Source: Myxococcota bacterium
GTDB lineage: Bacteria > Myxococcota_A > UBA9160 > JAFDDA01
Reading direction: 5' to 3'
DNA length: 64,000 nt
Assembly (NCBI GenBank): GCA_965228475.1
Contig: OZ245817.1
Span: 864,001-928,000 of the forward strand
The notes below the pieces were generated by a model. That model was not told where the DNA came from, did no database searches, and saw nothing but the letters and a program-made list of their open reading frames with translations. The number at the start of each line of letters is the position of its first letter. Position 1 is the stretch's first letter. Shown here piece by piece: positions 10,032 to 19,126 of the stretch. The translations under genes and the position numbers were made by a program.

Positions 10032-10978
10032 GCCCCGCCTCCGCTTCCCGGGCCGTCGTTCCCGTCCCGGAGGGGCCCTTCGCGAACCACGTAGCCCGGG
10101 TCGCCGCCGCTCACGCGCTTGTAGGTCCGCGCGAGGTAGAGGCCGAGCACGCCGGCCGCGCTGAAGACCCCGCCGAGGCCGAAGAGGGTCAGCGCGAAGG
10201 CCGGTGCGAGCCAGCCCGAAGGTTCGAGCCAGAGAGAAAGAAGGACGCCGAGCCCGCCGAGCCCGAGCCCGGCCGCGCCGAGGGCGCCGAGGGCGATCAG
10301 CGGGAACGTCGTGAAGCTCGTGATGAGATCCAGGTTCACCCGCACGAGGGCGACGAGCCCGTAGCGCGACTCGCCCCGGTGGCGGGGCTCGTGGCGGACC
10401 GTCACCTCGCTCACCGGGTAGCCGAGCCAGAGGGCGAGCGGGAAGAAGGGTTTGCCGGGCGCCCAGATGCGGGTGGTCGCGTCGACGACCTCGCGCCGAT
10501 AGGCCTTGAACTGGCCGCCGACGTCCTGGATCTCCGTCCCCGTGAGCCAGCGCGCGAGGGTGTGGACGGCGCGCGAGCCGAGCCAGCGCCAGCCGGGCTC
10601 GTGGCGTTCGGCGCGCCGGGCGGTCGCGACGCTCGCGCCCTTCTCGATCGCGTCGAGGAGGCGCGGAATCTCTTCCGGCGGGTTCTGGAGGTCGCCGTCC
10701 ATGGTGACGACGATCTCCCCACGCGCGGCGAACAGGCCGCAGGCGAGGGCAGCGGCCTGCCCGAAGTTCCGGGTGAGCGCGAAACTCCGCAGCCTGGGAT
10801 CCTCGCGCTCCCGCTCGCGCAGCCGCGCCAGGGTCTCGTCGCGGCTGCCGTCATCGACGAGCACGAGCTCGAAGGTCTCGCCGCGCGCCTCGAGGGCGGC
10901 CACGGTGCGGTCGATCAAGGCATCGACCGAGCCCGCTTCGTCGAGCAGCGGAACGACGATGGAGATGCGGGGCGTCAC
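10028..10978 (-). CDS. GT2 ArnC/GtrB-like polyprenol-phosphate glycosyltransferase
   Basis: ISIVVP, VDDGSRD, RNFGQAAA and TMDGDLQNPPEEIP motifs; two C-terminal TMs; GTG 10978 overlaps the wbqC stop. Confidence 0.9.
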   Translation of the reverse strand: MTPRISIVVPLLDEAGSVDALIDRTVAALEARGETFELVLVDDGSRDETLARLREREREDPRLRSFALTRNFGQAAALACGLFAARGEIVVTMDGDLQNPPEEIPRLLDAIEKGASVATARRAERHEPGWRWLGSRAVHTLARWLTGTEIQDVGGQFKAYRREVVDATTRIWAPGKPFFPLALWLGYPVSEVTVRHEPRHRGESRYGLVALVRVNLDLITSFTTFPLIALGALGAAGLGLGGLGVLLSLWLEPSGWLAPAFALTLFGLGGVFSAAGVLGLYLARTYKRVSGGDPGYVVREGPLRDGNDGPGSGGGA

Positions 10979-11706
10979 CGCGTTCCTCCCGCGGCGGAGC
11001 GCAGCACCCGGCTCGCTTCCTCTTCGCCGACGCACAGGAGCAGGTCGAGCGCCGAGAGGTGCGAGACGAAGGGTTCGTGACGCTGGGGCCAGACCGGGTG
11101 CGCGTACTGCTGGAAGTGGACGCGGAGGCCGTGCCGTTCGAAGAGCGGAACGTCGAAGTAGCTTCGCCCGGTCTCGCCTTCGACGAGCTCGCTCGCGCCG
11201 AGCGCTTCCATGTAGGCGATGATCCGATGCGTCGGCCCCGGCTCCTCGGGGAACCGCTCGCGGTACCGGGCTTCGAGGCCGAGCTCGGAGGACAGCAGGA
11301 TCGGGGTCTCGATGCGCAGGCGCTCGGCGATGAACCGAAGGCTCGGAATCGAGGCGTCGACCAGACGCTCGGCGGCGGGGTCGAGGGTGGCCTCGAGCGC
11401 GTCGATCAGGCCGGGTGCGTGGGGCGAGCGCCCGTAGGCGTGGCGGAGCGTCGCCAGGTGCTTGCGGGCCCAGGGGGCCTCGCCGTCGAGCGCGACTTCG
11501 GCGATGGCCTCGCCGCTGCGGGGCCGGACGGGCAGCGTCAGCCACTGGGGGCCTTCCGGGCCGCGGATGCGGTTGCGATGGGCCCAGCCGCTGCTCGAGA
11601 AGTCCATCTCGTCCGCGAGCAGGAACGCATCGACGTGCAACATCTGATCGAAGTAGCCGAGCCAGGGCAGGTAACCGGGCTGGATCCCGGCGATGCGCGT
11701 GGCCAT
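10975..11706 (-). CDS. WbqC family protein (proposed glycyl/acyl transferase for amino sugars)
   Basis: QPGYLPWLGYFD, HRNRIRGPEGPQWLTLPV and FVSHLSALDLL are characteristic of WbqC. Confidence 0.9.
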   Translation of the reverse strand: MATRIAGIQPGYLPWLGYFDQMLHVDAFLLADEMDFSSSGWAHRNRIRGPEGPQWLTLPVRPRSGEAIAEVALDGEAPWARKHLATLRHAYGRSPHAPGLIDALEATLDPAAERLVDASIPSLRFIAERLRIETPILLSSELGLEARYRERFPEEPGPTHRIIAYMEALGASELVEGETGRSYFDVPLFERHGLRVHFQQYAHPVWPQRHEPFVSHLSALDLLLCVGEEEASRVLRSAAGGTR

Positions 11707-11751
11707 GGGGACGTCTCCGCTCTGCCCAGCCCCAACCTGGCTGGACCGCGC

Positions 11752-11760
11752 ATGATATCA
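11752..11760 (-). promoter_or_regulatory. Putative extended -10 promoter (TGnTATCAT) upstream of the wbqC-GT2-aminotransferase segment
   Basis: Minus strand reads TGATATCAT, about 45 nt upstream of the ATG at 11706, in otherwise GC-rich DNA. Confidence 0.45.
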
Positions 11761-11785
11761 CCCGGCGCGGGCTTCGGCGTTGGGT

Positions 11786-12865
11786 TCAGGCGCGCTCGAG
11801 CTCGTCGAGCTGGAGGGGCCGCAGCTCTCCGGAACGCTCCGCGCGGAGAACGTCGCCGTAGCCGGAGCGGATCGTCCGCTTCATCGACCGCCGCACCCAG
11901 TCCGGAACGTCGAGGGAGTCGATGTATTCGAAGTTCCGCTTCGCGTAGTACAGGCGTCCGGCGCGCACGAGCGGCGGGTCCTCGGGCTGGTTCGTCCGAT
12001 CCCGCCAGCCGCGGTAGGCGTGTTGCGCATCTTCTGCGGGGATTCCGCACAGCATGAGCGTTCGCGTGCGGGTCTGCGCGGGAAGCCGGCCGTCCCGCTT
12101 GTGGCGCCCGATGTAGAGGCTCGCCGCGAACTGCGCGAACCCGAGGCAGGCGGGAACCCGCAGCACCGGGTGCATCTTGGAAAGTGAGATCTGGCCCGTC
12201 CTGCGCGACATCTGCATGTGGCGCGCCTCGTCGATGGCGTGGTTCTTCAGGATCTCGCGCACTGCCGGGTCCATGCCCGGTTCGTCGATCGCGCAGCGCT
12301 CCACCGTCTTCTGGTTCACGTTCAGCGGGAACCGCGTGAAGTAGTAGTAGTTGAGGTCGCCCCGGAGCCAGCCGAGCAGCGAGTGCGCCTGGACGTAGCG
12401 CTTGGCCATTCGCAGCGAGGGGTTGGCCTCGCGCAGGTCCGCCAGCGTCAGGCCGTGGTGGGCCAGCACCTTCCGGATCACGATCAGGAAGGTCTGGATG
12501 TGGACGCTTTCCTCGACGACCTCCCGAGCCATGTAGAGCGCGACGTCCGGGTCCTCGTCGATGAAGGTCGAGAGCGCCGCTTCGTAGTTGAGGACGTTGG
12601 TCGCGGCCTCGGCGACGGCCGTCGAGTAGTAGCTCTGGCAGAAGGAAAGCCGGTTCAGCAGCAGGCGCTGCTCCTCGCTCATCTGCTCCCAGACGGGCTC
12701 CCCGTAGAACCAGGTCATCTCGAGGGGGAAGAGAAGATGATCGCCGAGCTTCGAAGCGTCGAACGCCTCGGCCGGACCGAGGAAGAGCTCGCGCTGTCTC
12801 TCGACGTCCCTGTCGCTCACGGACTGGAGTCGCCGTGTGAAATCGAAATCGGCCGCTGCTGCCAT
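11786..12865 (-). CDS. Ferritin-like diiron oxygenase (AurF/N-oxygenase-like)
   Basis: GGAGG RBS before ATG 12865; W..MSEEQRLLLN, an upstream Glu (VAE) and paired ExxH motifs EESVH and DEARH. Confidence 0.75.
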   Translation of the reverse strand: MAAAADFDFTRRLQSVSDRDVERQRELFLGPAEAFDASKLGDHLLFPLEMTWFYGEPVWEQMSEEQRLLLNRLSFCQSYYSTAVAEAATNVLNYEAALSTFIDEDPDVALYMAREVVEESVHIQTFLIVIRKVLAHHGLTLADLREANPSLRMAKRYVQAHSLLGWLRGDLNYYYFTRFPLNVNQKTVERCAIDEPGMDPAVREILKNHAIDEARHMQMSRRTGQISLSKMHPVLRVPACLGFAQFAASLYIGRHKRDGRLPAQTRTRTLMLCGIPAEDAQHAYRGWRDRTNQPEDPPLVRAGRLYYAKRNFEYIDSLDVPDWVRRSMKRTIRSGYGDVLRAERSGELRPLQLDELERA

Positions 12866-12920
12866 GGTGCCTCCGCGAGAACCGCAGGGAGCTTCGCTCG
12901 GGGCCGCGCCCCGCGTCAAG

Positions 12921-13985
12921 TCAGCCCTCGTCCGGAGGCCCTGGCGGCCCGTCCCGGCCGTCGGAGGCCGCCGGCGCGCCGGTCTCCCGGCGGACCACGT
13001 AGGAGGGCCGGCGCATCGTCCGGAGATGGATGCGCGCGAGGTACTCCCCGAAGATCCCGAGGGTGAAGAGCTGGACCCCGGAGAAGAAGCAGACGACGGC
13101 GAAGATGAACGTGTCCGGGGGGACGGCGAGGCCCCGCAGCCGGTAGAAGCCGATGGCGTAGCAGGTCGCGGAGAAGCCCACGAGGGTGAAGACGAAGCCG
13201 AGGACGCTCGCGGCCTGCAGGGGGCGCACGCTGAAGTTCGTCACCGTATGGAAGGCGTGGCGCACGAGGCGGTAGGGCGAGTAGTTCGACCGCCCGTGTT
13301 TGCGCGCGGCGTGCTCGACCGTCACGTGCGCGATGCGGCCCGCGCCCCAGGTCAAGAGCGCGTCGATCGTGACGAAGGACCCTTCGTAGTCCGCGAAGGA
13401 GTCGCGCACCGAGGTCCGGAAGGCCCGGAAGGGGCTCGAGTGCCGGGACACCTCGGAGCCGAGCACGCCGAACAGGAGGCCGTGGATGGCCGAGGACGCG
13501 AGCCGCCGGGGTGCCGAGTGCGGCCGGGCCGTCGGCGTCCCGTAGACCACGTCGGCGCCCTGGTCGATCTTCGCGAGGAGCGCCGGGATCGACTCGGGAG
13601 GGTGCTGGAGGTCGTCGTCGAGCGTCACGATCCGGTCGAAGCGCGCCGCACGGATGCCGGCGAGGAGCGCCGCGTGCTGACCGAAGTTGCGGACGAGGTC
13701 GATGCCGAGGACGCGCGGATCTCCGGCGGCGAGCTTCACGATCTGGGGCCAGCTCTCGTCGCGGCTGCCGTCGTTCACCAGCAGGATCTCGAAGGGGGCG
13801 CTGCGCGGGGCGAGGACGCCGACGATCCGCTCCACGAGTTCGTGGAGCGACGCGGCGCCGTTGAACACCGGCACGACGACCGAGACCGATGCCGATTGCG
13901 ACGCCGCAAGCGATGCAGTCCCTTCGTCCGTACCGGCAGCGCTGGAAATCGGGCGTTCCAAGCTCGTGGCGCCTCCCACCCCCAT
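12921..13985 (-). CDS. GT2 ArnC/GtrB-like polyprenol-phosphate glycosyltransferase
   Basis: VSVVVPVFN, VNDGSRD, RNFGQHAALLAG and TLDDDLQHPPE motifs; C-terminal TMs. Start uncertain (TTG 13961 has a GGAGG RBS). Confidence 0.9.
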   Translation of the reverse strand: MGVGGATSLERPISSAAGTDEGTASLAASQSASVSVVVPVFNGAASLHELVERIVGVLAPRSAPFEILLVNDGSRDESWPQIVKLAAGDPRVLGIDLVRNFGQHAALLAGIRAARFDRIVTLDDDLQHPPESIPALLAKIDQGADVVYGTPTARPHSAPRRLASSAIHGLLFGVLGSEVSRHSSPFRAFRTSVRDSFADYEGSFVTIDALLTWGAGRIAHVTVEHAARKHGRSNYSPYRLVRHAFHTVTNFSVRPLQAASVLGFVFTLVGFSATCYAIGFYRLRGLAVPPDTFIFAVVCFFSGVQLFTLGIFGEYLARIHLRTMRRPSYVVRRETGAPAASDGRDGPPGPPDEG

Positions 13986-14036
13986 GATAGGCCCGATCGC
14001 CCCGGTTCTCCCAGGCTCGAAAGCCCGGGGCAGGGC

Positions 14037-14972
14037 TCAGCCGTCTTGCCGGGCGAGTGCGCGGATGTTGCCGCCCGTCGCGCCCAGGCGTCGTGCCGCC
14101 CAGTCGAGGCCGTCGAAGGCGAACCCGGCCGCGCGCGCGAGCCCCGTCGCTTCGGCGAGGCCGTCGGGCTTGGGGACGCGAGACTCGGTTGCGACGACCC
14201 GGTAGCCGGCTTCTTCGAGCAGGCGCGCGAGCGTCGCGCGCTGGAACTCGTAGAGGTGGAAGGGTTCGATCGTCTCGCCGGGCGCCGGGAACTTGAGGGT
14301 TCGCAGCAGGCCGTCGCCCGCGAGTCCGAGCCCGCGCAGGAGCGGCAGAGCGCGGCGGAGTCCGCGGAACCAGGCCGAGCCGACGTAGGTGGGCACCTCG
14401 ATCACCAGGAGCCCGCCGGGCTTCAACCATTCGCCGACGCGTGCGATGCCGGCCGCCGGGGAGCGCAGGTGTTCGAGGACGTGGCCCATGTAGAGCACGT
14501 CGACGGGCGCGCCCGGCCCGCGGCCTTCGGGAAAGGCCGCGCGTTCGACCGGGAGTTCGAGGGTCTCGCGGGCGTGCCGCGTTCCGACCTCGGTGATCTC
14601 CTGCCCCTGAACCCGCCAGCCGCGGTCCCGGGCGAGCTTCAGGAACCAGCCTCCCGCGCAGCCGATCTCGAAGAGCGAACCGCGCTCGCCCCGGGTCTCC
14701 TCTTCGATGGCGTCGAGCAGCGCGCCGTAGCGGTCGAGGAGCCTCGGGAAGCTGTCGAAGTAGCTGGCCTCGGACAGACAGCTGTCGTAGTCCTTCTCGA
14801 AGTAGTCGTCGTCGTAGAGGGACGCGACCGCTTCGGCGGAGGGCAGCGGGCGAACCTGGACGAGCCGGCAGCCGCGGCAACGGACGAGGTCGTAGTGCGC
14901 GCCCGCGTGGGCGTACATCTCGGGCGCATACGTCGCGAAGTCGCTGCCGCCGCACAGGTCGCAGGGAGTCAC
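14037..14972 (-). CDS. Class I SAM-dependent methyltransferase with N-terminal Zn-ribbon
   Basis: CDLCG...CRGC, FEIGCAGG, HVLEHLRSP and LKPGGLLVIEVP motifs. Confidence 0.88.
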   Translation of the reverse strand: MTPCDLCGGSDFATYAPEMYAHAGAHYDLVRCRGCRLVQVRPLPSAEAVASLYDDDYFEKDYDSCLSEASYFDSFPRLLDRYGALLDAIEEETRGERGSLFEIGCAGGWFLKLARDRGWRVQGQEITEVGTRHARETLELPVERAAFPEGRGPGAPVDVLYMGHVLEHLRSPAAGIARVGEWLKPGGLLVIEVPTYVGSAWFRGLRRALPLLRGLGLAGDGLLRTLKFPAPGETIEPFHLYEFQRATLARLLEEAGYRVVATESRVPKPDGLAEATGLARAAGFAFDGLDWAARRLGATGGNIRALARQDG

Positions 14973-15685
14973 GCTCGCCTCAGCAGCTCGCGGAAGCGCA
15001 GCCGCAGCACGGTCGAGTAGCCCTGCCAGAGCTGCCGCCAGCCGAGCTTCGAATCCCCGTGCGCGCGCTCGACGAACGCCACCGGCACCTCTGCGATCCG
15101 CAGGCCACGGCGGTGCGCGCGGAAGAGCACCTCCTGCACGATGGCCGGGCCGACCGCCGCGAGGCTCCCGGGGTCGATGGTCTCGAGCGCCTCGCGGCGG
15201 AAGCAGCGGAAGCCCGAGTTCGCGTCCCGCACGGACATGCCGAACAGGAAGCGGATGTAGGCGTTGGCGGCGAGGGTGAGGACGCGCCGCCAGGCGGCGC
15301 GGTCGGCGTCGCTGCCGTCGCCGACGAAGCGCGAGCCGAGGGCGACGTCCGCCTGCTCGCAGGCGAGCAGCAGGTCCGGCACGTAGGCCGGGTCGTGGGA
15401 GAGGTCGCCGTCCATCTCGAGGATGCGGTCGGCGCCGCGGGCGAGCGCCGCCGCATAGCCGTCGCGGCCGGCCAGGCCGCGGCCCTTCGGGCCCTTGCGC
15501 TCGAGCACGCCGGCGAAGGGGTGGCGCTCGGCGTATTCGCGGACGCAGGCGGCGGTTCCGTCCGGCGAAGCGTCGTCCACCACGAGCGCTTCGAGGCCAT
15601 CGATCTCGAGGGCGCGCAGGCCGTCGAGCAGGGGGACGACGTTCTCGCGCTCGTTGTAGGTCGGGATGAAGACGACGATCTTCAC
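14969..15685 (-). CDS. Polyprenol monophosphomannose synthase (Ppm1/DPM1-like GT2)
   Basis: IPTYNERENV, VDDASPDGT, EMDGDLSHDP and GSRFV motifs; GTG 15685 overlaps the upstream stop. Confidence 0.88.
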   Translation of the reverse strand: MKIVVFIPTYNERENVVPLLDGLRALEIDGLEALVVDDASPDGTAACVREYAERHPFAGVLERKGPKGRGLAGRDGYAAALARGADRILEMDGDLSHDPAYVPDLLLACEQADVALGSRFVGDGSDADRAAWRRVLTLAANAYIRFLFGMSVRDANSGFRCFRREALETIDPGSLAAVGPAIVQEVLFRAHRRGLRIAEVPVAFVERAHGDSKLGWRQLWQGYSTVLRLRFRELLRRA

Positions 15686-16731
15686 GCGGATCGCCCCAGC
15701 ACGCGCGCGAGCGCGTCGAAGACGGCGTCCGCCGAGACGACGTCCGCGCAGCTCGGCGAGAAGTCGCAGGCGCGCTTGTAGCAGGGGTGGCACGCGATCT
15801 CGGGGACGATGCGCTCGCCGCGTCCGTAGAGCTCGATCTCCTGCGGGCAGGTCGAGCCGAAGATCGCCACCACCGGCACTTTGCGCGCGAGGGCCACGTG
15901 CATGCCGAGCGTGTCGCCGCCGACGACGGCCCCGCAGCGTTCGACGAGCGCGGCGAACTCGAGCACGGACTCCGACGCGCCGACGTCCACCGCGCGCGGC
16001 GCGAGCTTCGCGACGGCCTCGACCCGCGGCCGGTCCGCCGGCCCGCCGAGCAGCACCGCCGGCCGCCCGAGCTCCCCCTCCACCCGCTTGGCGATCTCGG
16101 CGAACCCCTCGACCCGCCAGTCCTTGTGGGCGAACGCCTCCCCGGCGCCGACGTTCAGTCCGACCGGAGGCAGGGGTCCCTCGAGACCGCAGCGCGCGAA
16201 GCGATCCGCGGCGCGGGCTCTCGCGAGGGCGGGAACCTCCAGCCGGTAGGGTTCCCCGGCAAAGCGAAGCCCGGCCGCCTCGAAGGTGATGTCCTGGTAG
16301 GTCCGGGTGTTCCCGCGGAACTTCAACTCGTCGTCGATGCCGAGCCGGACGGCGTACTCCGCATCCGCGTCGGCCGGTTCGAGCGCGCCGTCCTTGCCGA
16401 GCAGGAAGCCCTTCTTCTTCGCTGCATCGAGCTGCGCAGCGAGGCCCGTCGCCGCCGGCTCCTTGTCGAGACACAGCACGAGGTCGAAGCGCTCGGCGGG
16501 AAGCGTCGAGAGGGCGTCGACGTCGAGCGCCATCAGACGGTCGATCTCCTCGAGACCCGAGAGCATCTCGACGGACTCGGGGCGCGTGAGCCAGGTGATC
16601 TCGGCGCCGGGGTGGGCCGCGCGCAGCGCCGGCAGCAGCGTCGTCGTGCGCAGGACGTCCCCCCGCGCGGCGAGCTTGATCACCAGCAGGCGGAAGCGGG
16701 ACGGGTCGCGATCCTCGGGGACGGGCGCCAT
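15682..16731 (-). CDS. GT9 (ADP-heptose:LPS heptosyltransferase-like) glycosyltransferase
   Basis: IKLAARGDVLRTT.LLPAL and GDTLGMHVALA...VVAIFGST motifs; C-terminal CHPCYKRAC. Confidence 0.9.
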   Translation of the reverse strand: MAPVPEDRDPSRFRLLVIKLAARGDVLRTTTLLPALRAAHPGAEITWLTRPESVEMLSGLEEIDRLMALDVDALSTLPAERFDLVLCLDKEPAATGLAAQLDAAKKKGFLLGKDGALEPADADAEYAVRLGIDDELKFRGNTRTYQDITFEAAGLRFAGEPYRLEVPALARARAADRFARCGLEGPLPPVGLNVGAGEAFAHKDWRVEGFAEIAKRVEGELGRPAVLLGGPADRPRVEAVAKLAPRAVDVGASESVLEFAALVERCGAVVGGDTLGMHVALARKVPVVAIFGSTCPQEIELYGRGERIVPEIACHPCYKRACDFSPSCADVVSADAVFDALARVLGRSA

Positions 16732-16786
16732 GGCCCGGCGATTCTACCGCGCGGGGCTCTTTCGGGCTGACGTATACTCCGCGGCG

Positions 16787-17815
16787 ATGGCACGCGGCGC
16801 GGTCGAGGTGACGGAGGAAGCGGGGGAAGCCGCCGAGCGCGCGGTCGATGCGCTGCTTCCCCGCGAGCCCCACCTCGAGTACGCGAACTTCCGGCCCATC
16901 GCCGAGCGGCCCGGGGCCGCCCTCGCGCTCCATCGGTCCCGCTGGCTCGCGGAAGGTGCCGTCGCGTTGCTGGTCGCGCGCGAGGCCGGCGAGCCCATCG
17001 GGGCGTTGCGCCTCGCTGAGCGCGGCTTCGAGTCCGACCACTTCGGCCTGCGCATGGCCGGCATCGGCCTGCCGCTGGCGGTCGCGGAAGCCGAGCCCCG
17101 GCTCGCGGCGCTGCGCGCCCTCTACGCCGCGGCCGCGGATCGCCTGCGCGCGGCCGGCTTCCAGCACCTGGCGGCGCGCGCCTCGACGCGCGACCGCGAA
17201 GGCGCCTGGGCGGCACAGGAAGCCGGCGCGCAGTGGGTCGACACCCAGGTCTCCTGGATGTGCCCCCTCACGGGCCAGCCCCACGACGAAGCGCTCCCCG
17301 GCGCGCTCCGCATCGAGTGTCACGACCGCCGCTCCGTGCAGGGCCTCGCGAAGGACTCCTGGCAGCGCCTCGCGGCCTGGGGCGCCGAAGCCTTCGACCG
17401 CGGCCCCCTCGTCTTCGACCTCACCCTGCCCGAAGCCCGCGCGAAGGAGATCTATCGCGAGTGGACCGAGCGCGTGATGCTCGGCGACTGGGCCGACGCC
17501 GTGGTCGTGGCCCTCGATGGCGACGAGGTCGTGGCCTTCATCTCGATGCTCGAGATGCCCGAGGTCTCGCGCGAGGCCGGCGCCAAGGTGTGCGGGCGCG
17601 GGCTCGGCGCGACGCTGCCCGACTACCGGGGCCTGTTCACCGCCATCCAGCGCGAGATGATCACGCGCCAGCCTGCCGGTGCGGCGTGGATGGAGAACGA
17701 GACCCAGGCCGCGACCATCGGCAGCATCAACGTCTACGCGAAGCTCGGCTTCCGCTACCTGCGCTCGACCGGAACCTTCCATCTGCGGCTCGACGGAGCG
17801 GCGCCGTGCGCTTGA
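16787..17815 (+). CDS. Tandem GNAT-fold acyltransferase, WecD/RffC-like
   Basis: FESDHFGLRMA, FD.TLP...AKEIYREW and TQAATIGSINVYAKLGF resemble dTDP-fucosamine acetyltransferase segments. Confidence 0.65.
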   Translation: MARGAVEVTEEAGEAAERAVDALLPREPHLEYANFRPIAERPGAALALHRSRWLAEGAVALLVAREAGEPIGALRLAERGFESDHFGLRMAGIGLPLAVAEAEPRLAALRALYAAAADRLRAAGFQHLAARASTRDREGAWAAQEAGAQWVDTQVSWMCPLTGQPHDEALPGALRIECHDRRSVQGLAKDSWQRLAAWGAEAFDRGPLVFDLTLPEARAKEIYREWTERVMLGDWADAVVVALDGDEVVAFISMLEMPEVSREAGAKVCGRGLGATLPDYRGLFTAIQREMITRQPAGAAWMENETQAATIGSINVYAKLGFRYLRSTGTFHLRLDGAAPCA

Positions 17816-17861
17816 GGAGGGTTGCGTCGTGCGCGTGAGGAGGGTTCCGTCGTGCGCGTGA
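17805..17861 (+). repeat. 23-bp tandem duplication (2.5 copies) of the stop/RBS/start junction
   Basis: cgtgcgcttgaggagggttgcgt / cgtgcgcgtgaggagggttccgt / cgtgcgcgtga. Confidence 0.9.
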
Positions 17862-19093
17862 CCTTCGTCGGCCATGCCTGCCACCTCGTCGAGAGCGACG
17901 GCGTCCGCGTGCTGACGGACCCGTGGCTCGTCGATCCGATCTTCGGCGGGTACGTCGAGCACGATCCGCCGCTCGGGTTCGGCATTGCGGACCTGCCCGA
18001 GATCCACGTGCTCGCGATCACCCACGGCCATCTCGACCACTTCAACGCGCCGACGCTCTCGCGCTGGCCGGACAAGGACGTTGCCGTCGTCGTTCCGGCG
18101 ACACGCTTCACCGGGCTCGAGCCGAACCTGCGCCGGCTCGGGTTCGAGAATCTCCACCCGCTCGAGGACTGGCAGGCCTACGAGCATGGCGCCGTCCGCG
18201 TGGTGGCGACGCCTTCGCGCGGCGTCGTCGACGAGTGTGCCTTCGTGGTGGTCGGGAGCGAGGGCGCCTTCTTCGACGGCGCCGACGCCCCGCAGCCGCC
18301 GGACCTGATGGAGGAGATCCGCGAGCGGCTCGGGCCCGTCCTGATCGGCGCGTTCAGCCACAACTCCTTCGACCAGCCGGCGCTGCTCGGTCTCGAATCC
18401 CACAAGGAGGCGGACCACGCGCCGAAGGCGGGTGCCCAGGCGGCGCTCCACATCGGCGCCGCCCATGCCTACGCGGGCGCTTCGAACCTGCGCTGGACGG
18501 GGCCGCGCGGCCCCGAGATCACGCGCAAGGTGATCCGGCGCCGCCCCGAGCATTTCGCGCGCGAGCTCGCGGCCGCCGCGCCGGAGCTTCCCTACCTGGG
18601 CCTCGAGCCCGGGGATGCGTGGTCGCGCGAGGGCGGCGTCGAGCGGCAGGTCCTGCGCGGGACCCCGGAGCCGCACGTCGAGACCGACTACCTCCCGGCG
18701 TTCCTGCCCGCCGGCGACGGGTCGGACCGCCTCTGCCCGCCGGGCCGTCCCGGGGTCGAAGACACCTTCCTGCGCGACTTCCCCGCGCTGCTGCGTCGCG
18801 AAACCGAGGCGGCCGCGTATCTGGGCCAGCCCGTCTCGTTCCACATCGAGGGCGAGGGCGGCGGCATCTTCAAGGTCGACTTCTCGCGGCCGGAGGAACC
18901 GCCCGTCGTGGGCGACGACGGCGCGCCCTTCGCCGTCTCCGTTCCCGCCGAGGATTGGAAGGATCTCTTCGAACGTCGCATCTCCTGGCAGGTGCTACTC
19001 GTCTCCGACCGGATCGCGGTCCGGCGGTTCGCCGCCGGGGCGCCCCCGGATGGCCTGCACTTCGTCTACGCGCTCCAGGCCGTCTTCCCCTGA
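17852..19093 (+). CDS. MBL-fold metallo-enzyme (UlaG/CMAH-like) with SCP2-like C-terminal domain
   Basis: VTFVGHAC, VLTDPWL and THGHLDH (HxHxDH) motifs; C-terminal FHIEGEGGGIFKVDF segment resembles SCP2. Confidence 0.75.
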   Translation: MRVTFVGHACHLVESDGVRVLTDPWLVDPIFGGYVEHDPPLGFGIADLPEIHVLAITHGHLDHFNAPTLSRWPDKDVAVVVPATRFTGLEPNLRRLGFENLHPLEDWQAYEHGAVRVVATPSRGVVDECAFVVVGSEGAFFDGADAPQPPDLMEEIRERLGPVLIGAFSHNSFDQPALLGLESHKEADHAPKAGAQAALHIGAAHAYAGASNLRWTGPRGPEITRKVIRRRPEHFARELAAAAPELPYLGLEPGDAWSREGGVERQVLRGTPEPHVETDYLPAFLPAGDGSDRLCPPGRPGVEDTFLRDFPALLRRETEAAAYLGQPVSFHIEGEGGGIFKVDFSRPEEPPVVGDDGAPFAVSVPAEDWKDLFERRISWQVLLVSDRIAVRRFAAGAPPDGLHFVYALQAVFP

Positions 19094-19126
19094 ACCGTGG
19101 ATGCGGATTCCACGAACGAGGAACCC

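Noticed and set aside
14969..18844. 1291-aa ORF ending in a GT2 domain; similar apparent giant fusions at 1093..5016, 2844..6050 and 25023..28679
   Set aside because: Only the C-terminal parts are coding. True starts are marked by ATGA/GTGA overlaps or an RBS.
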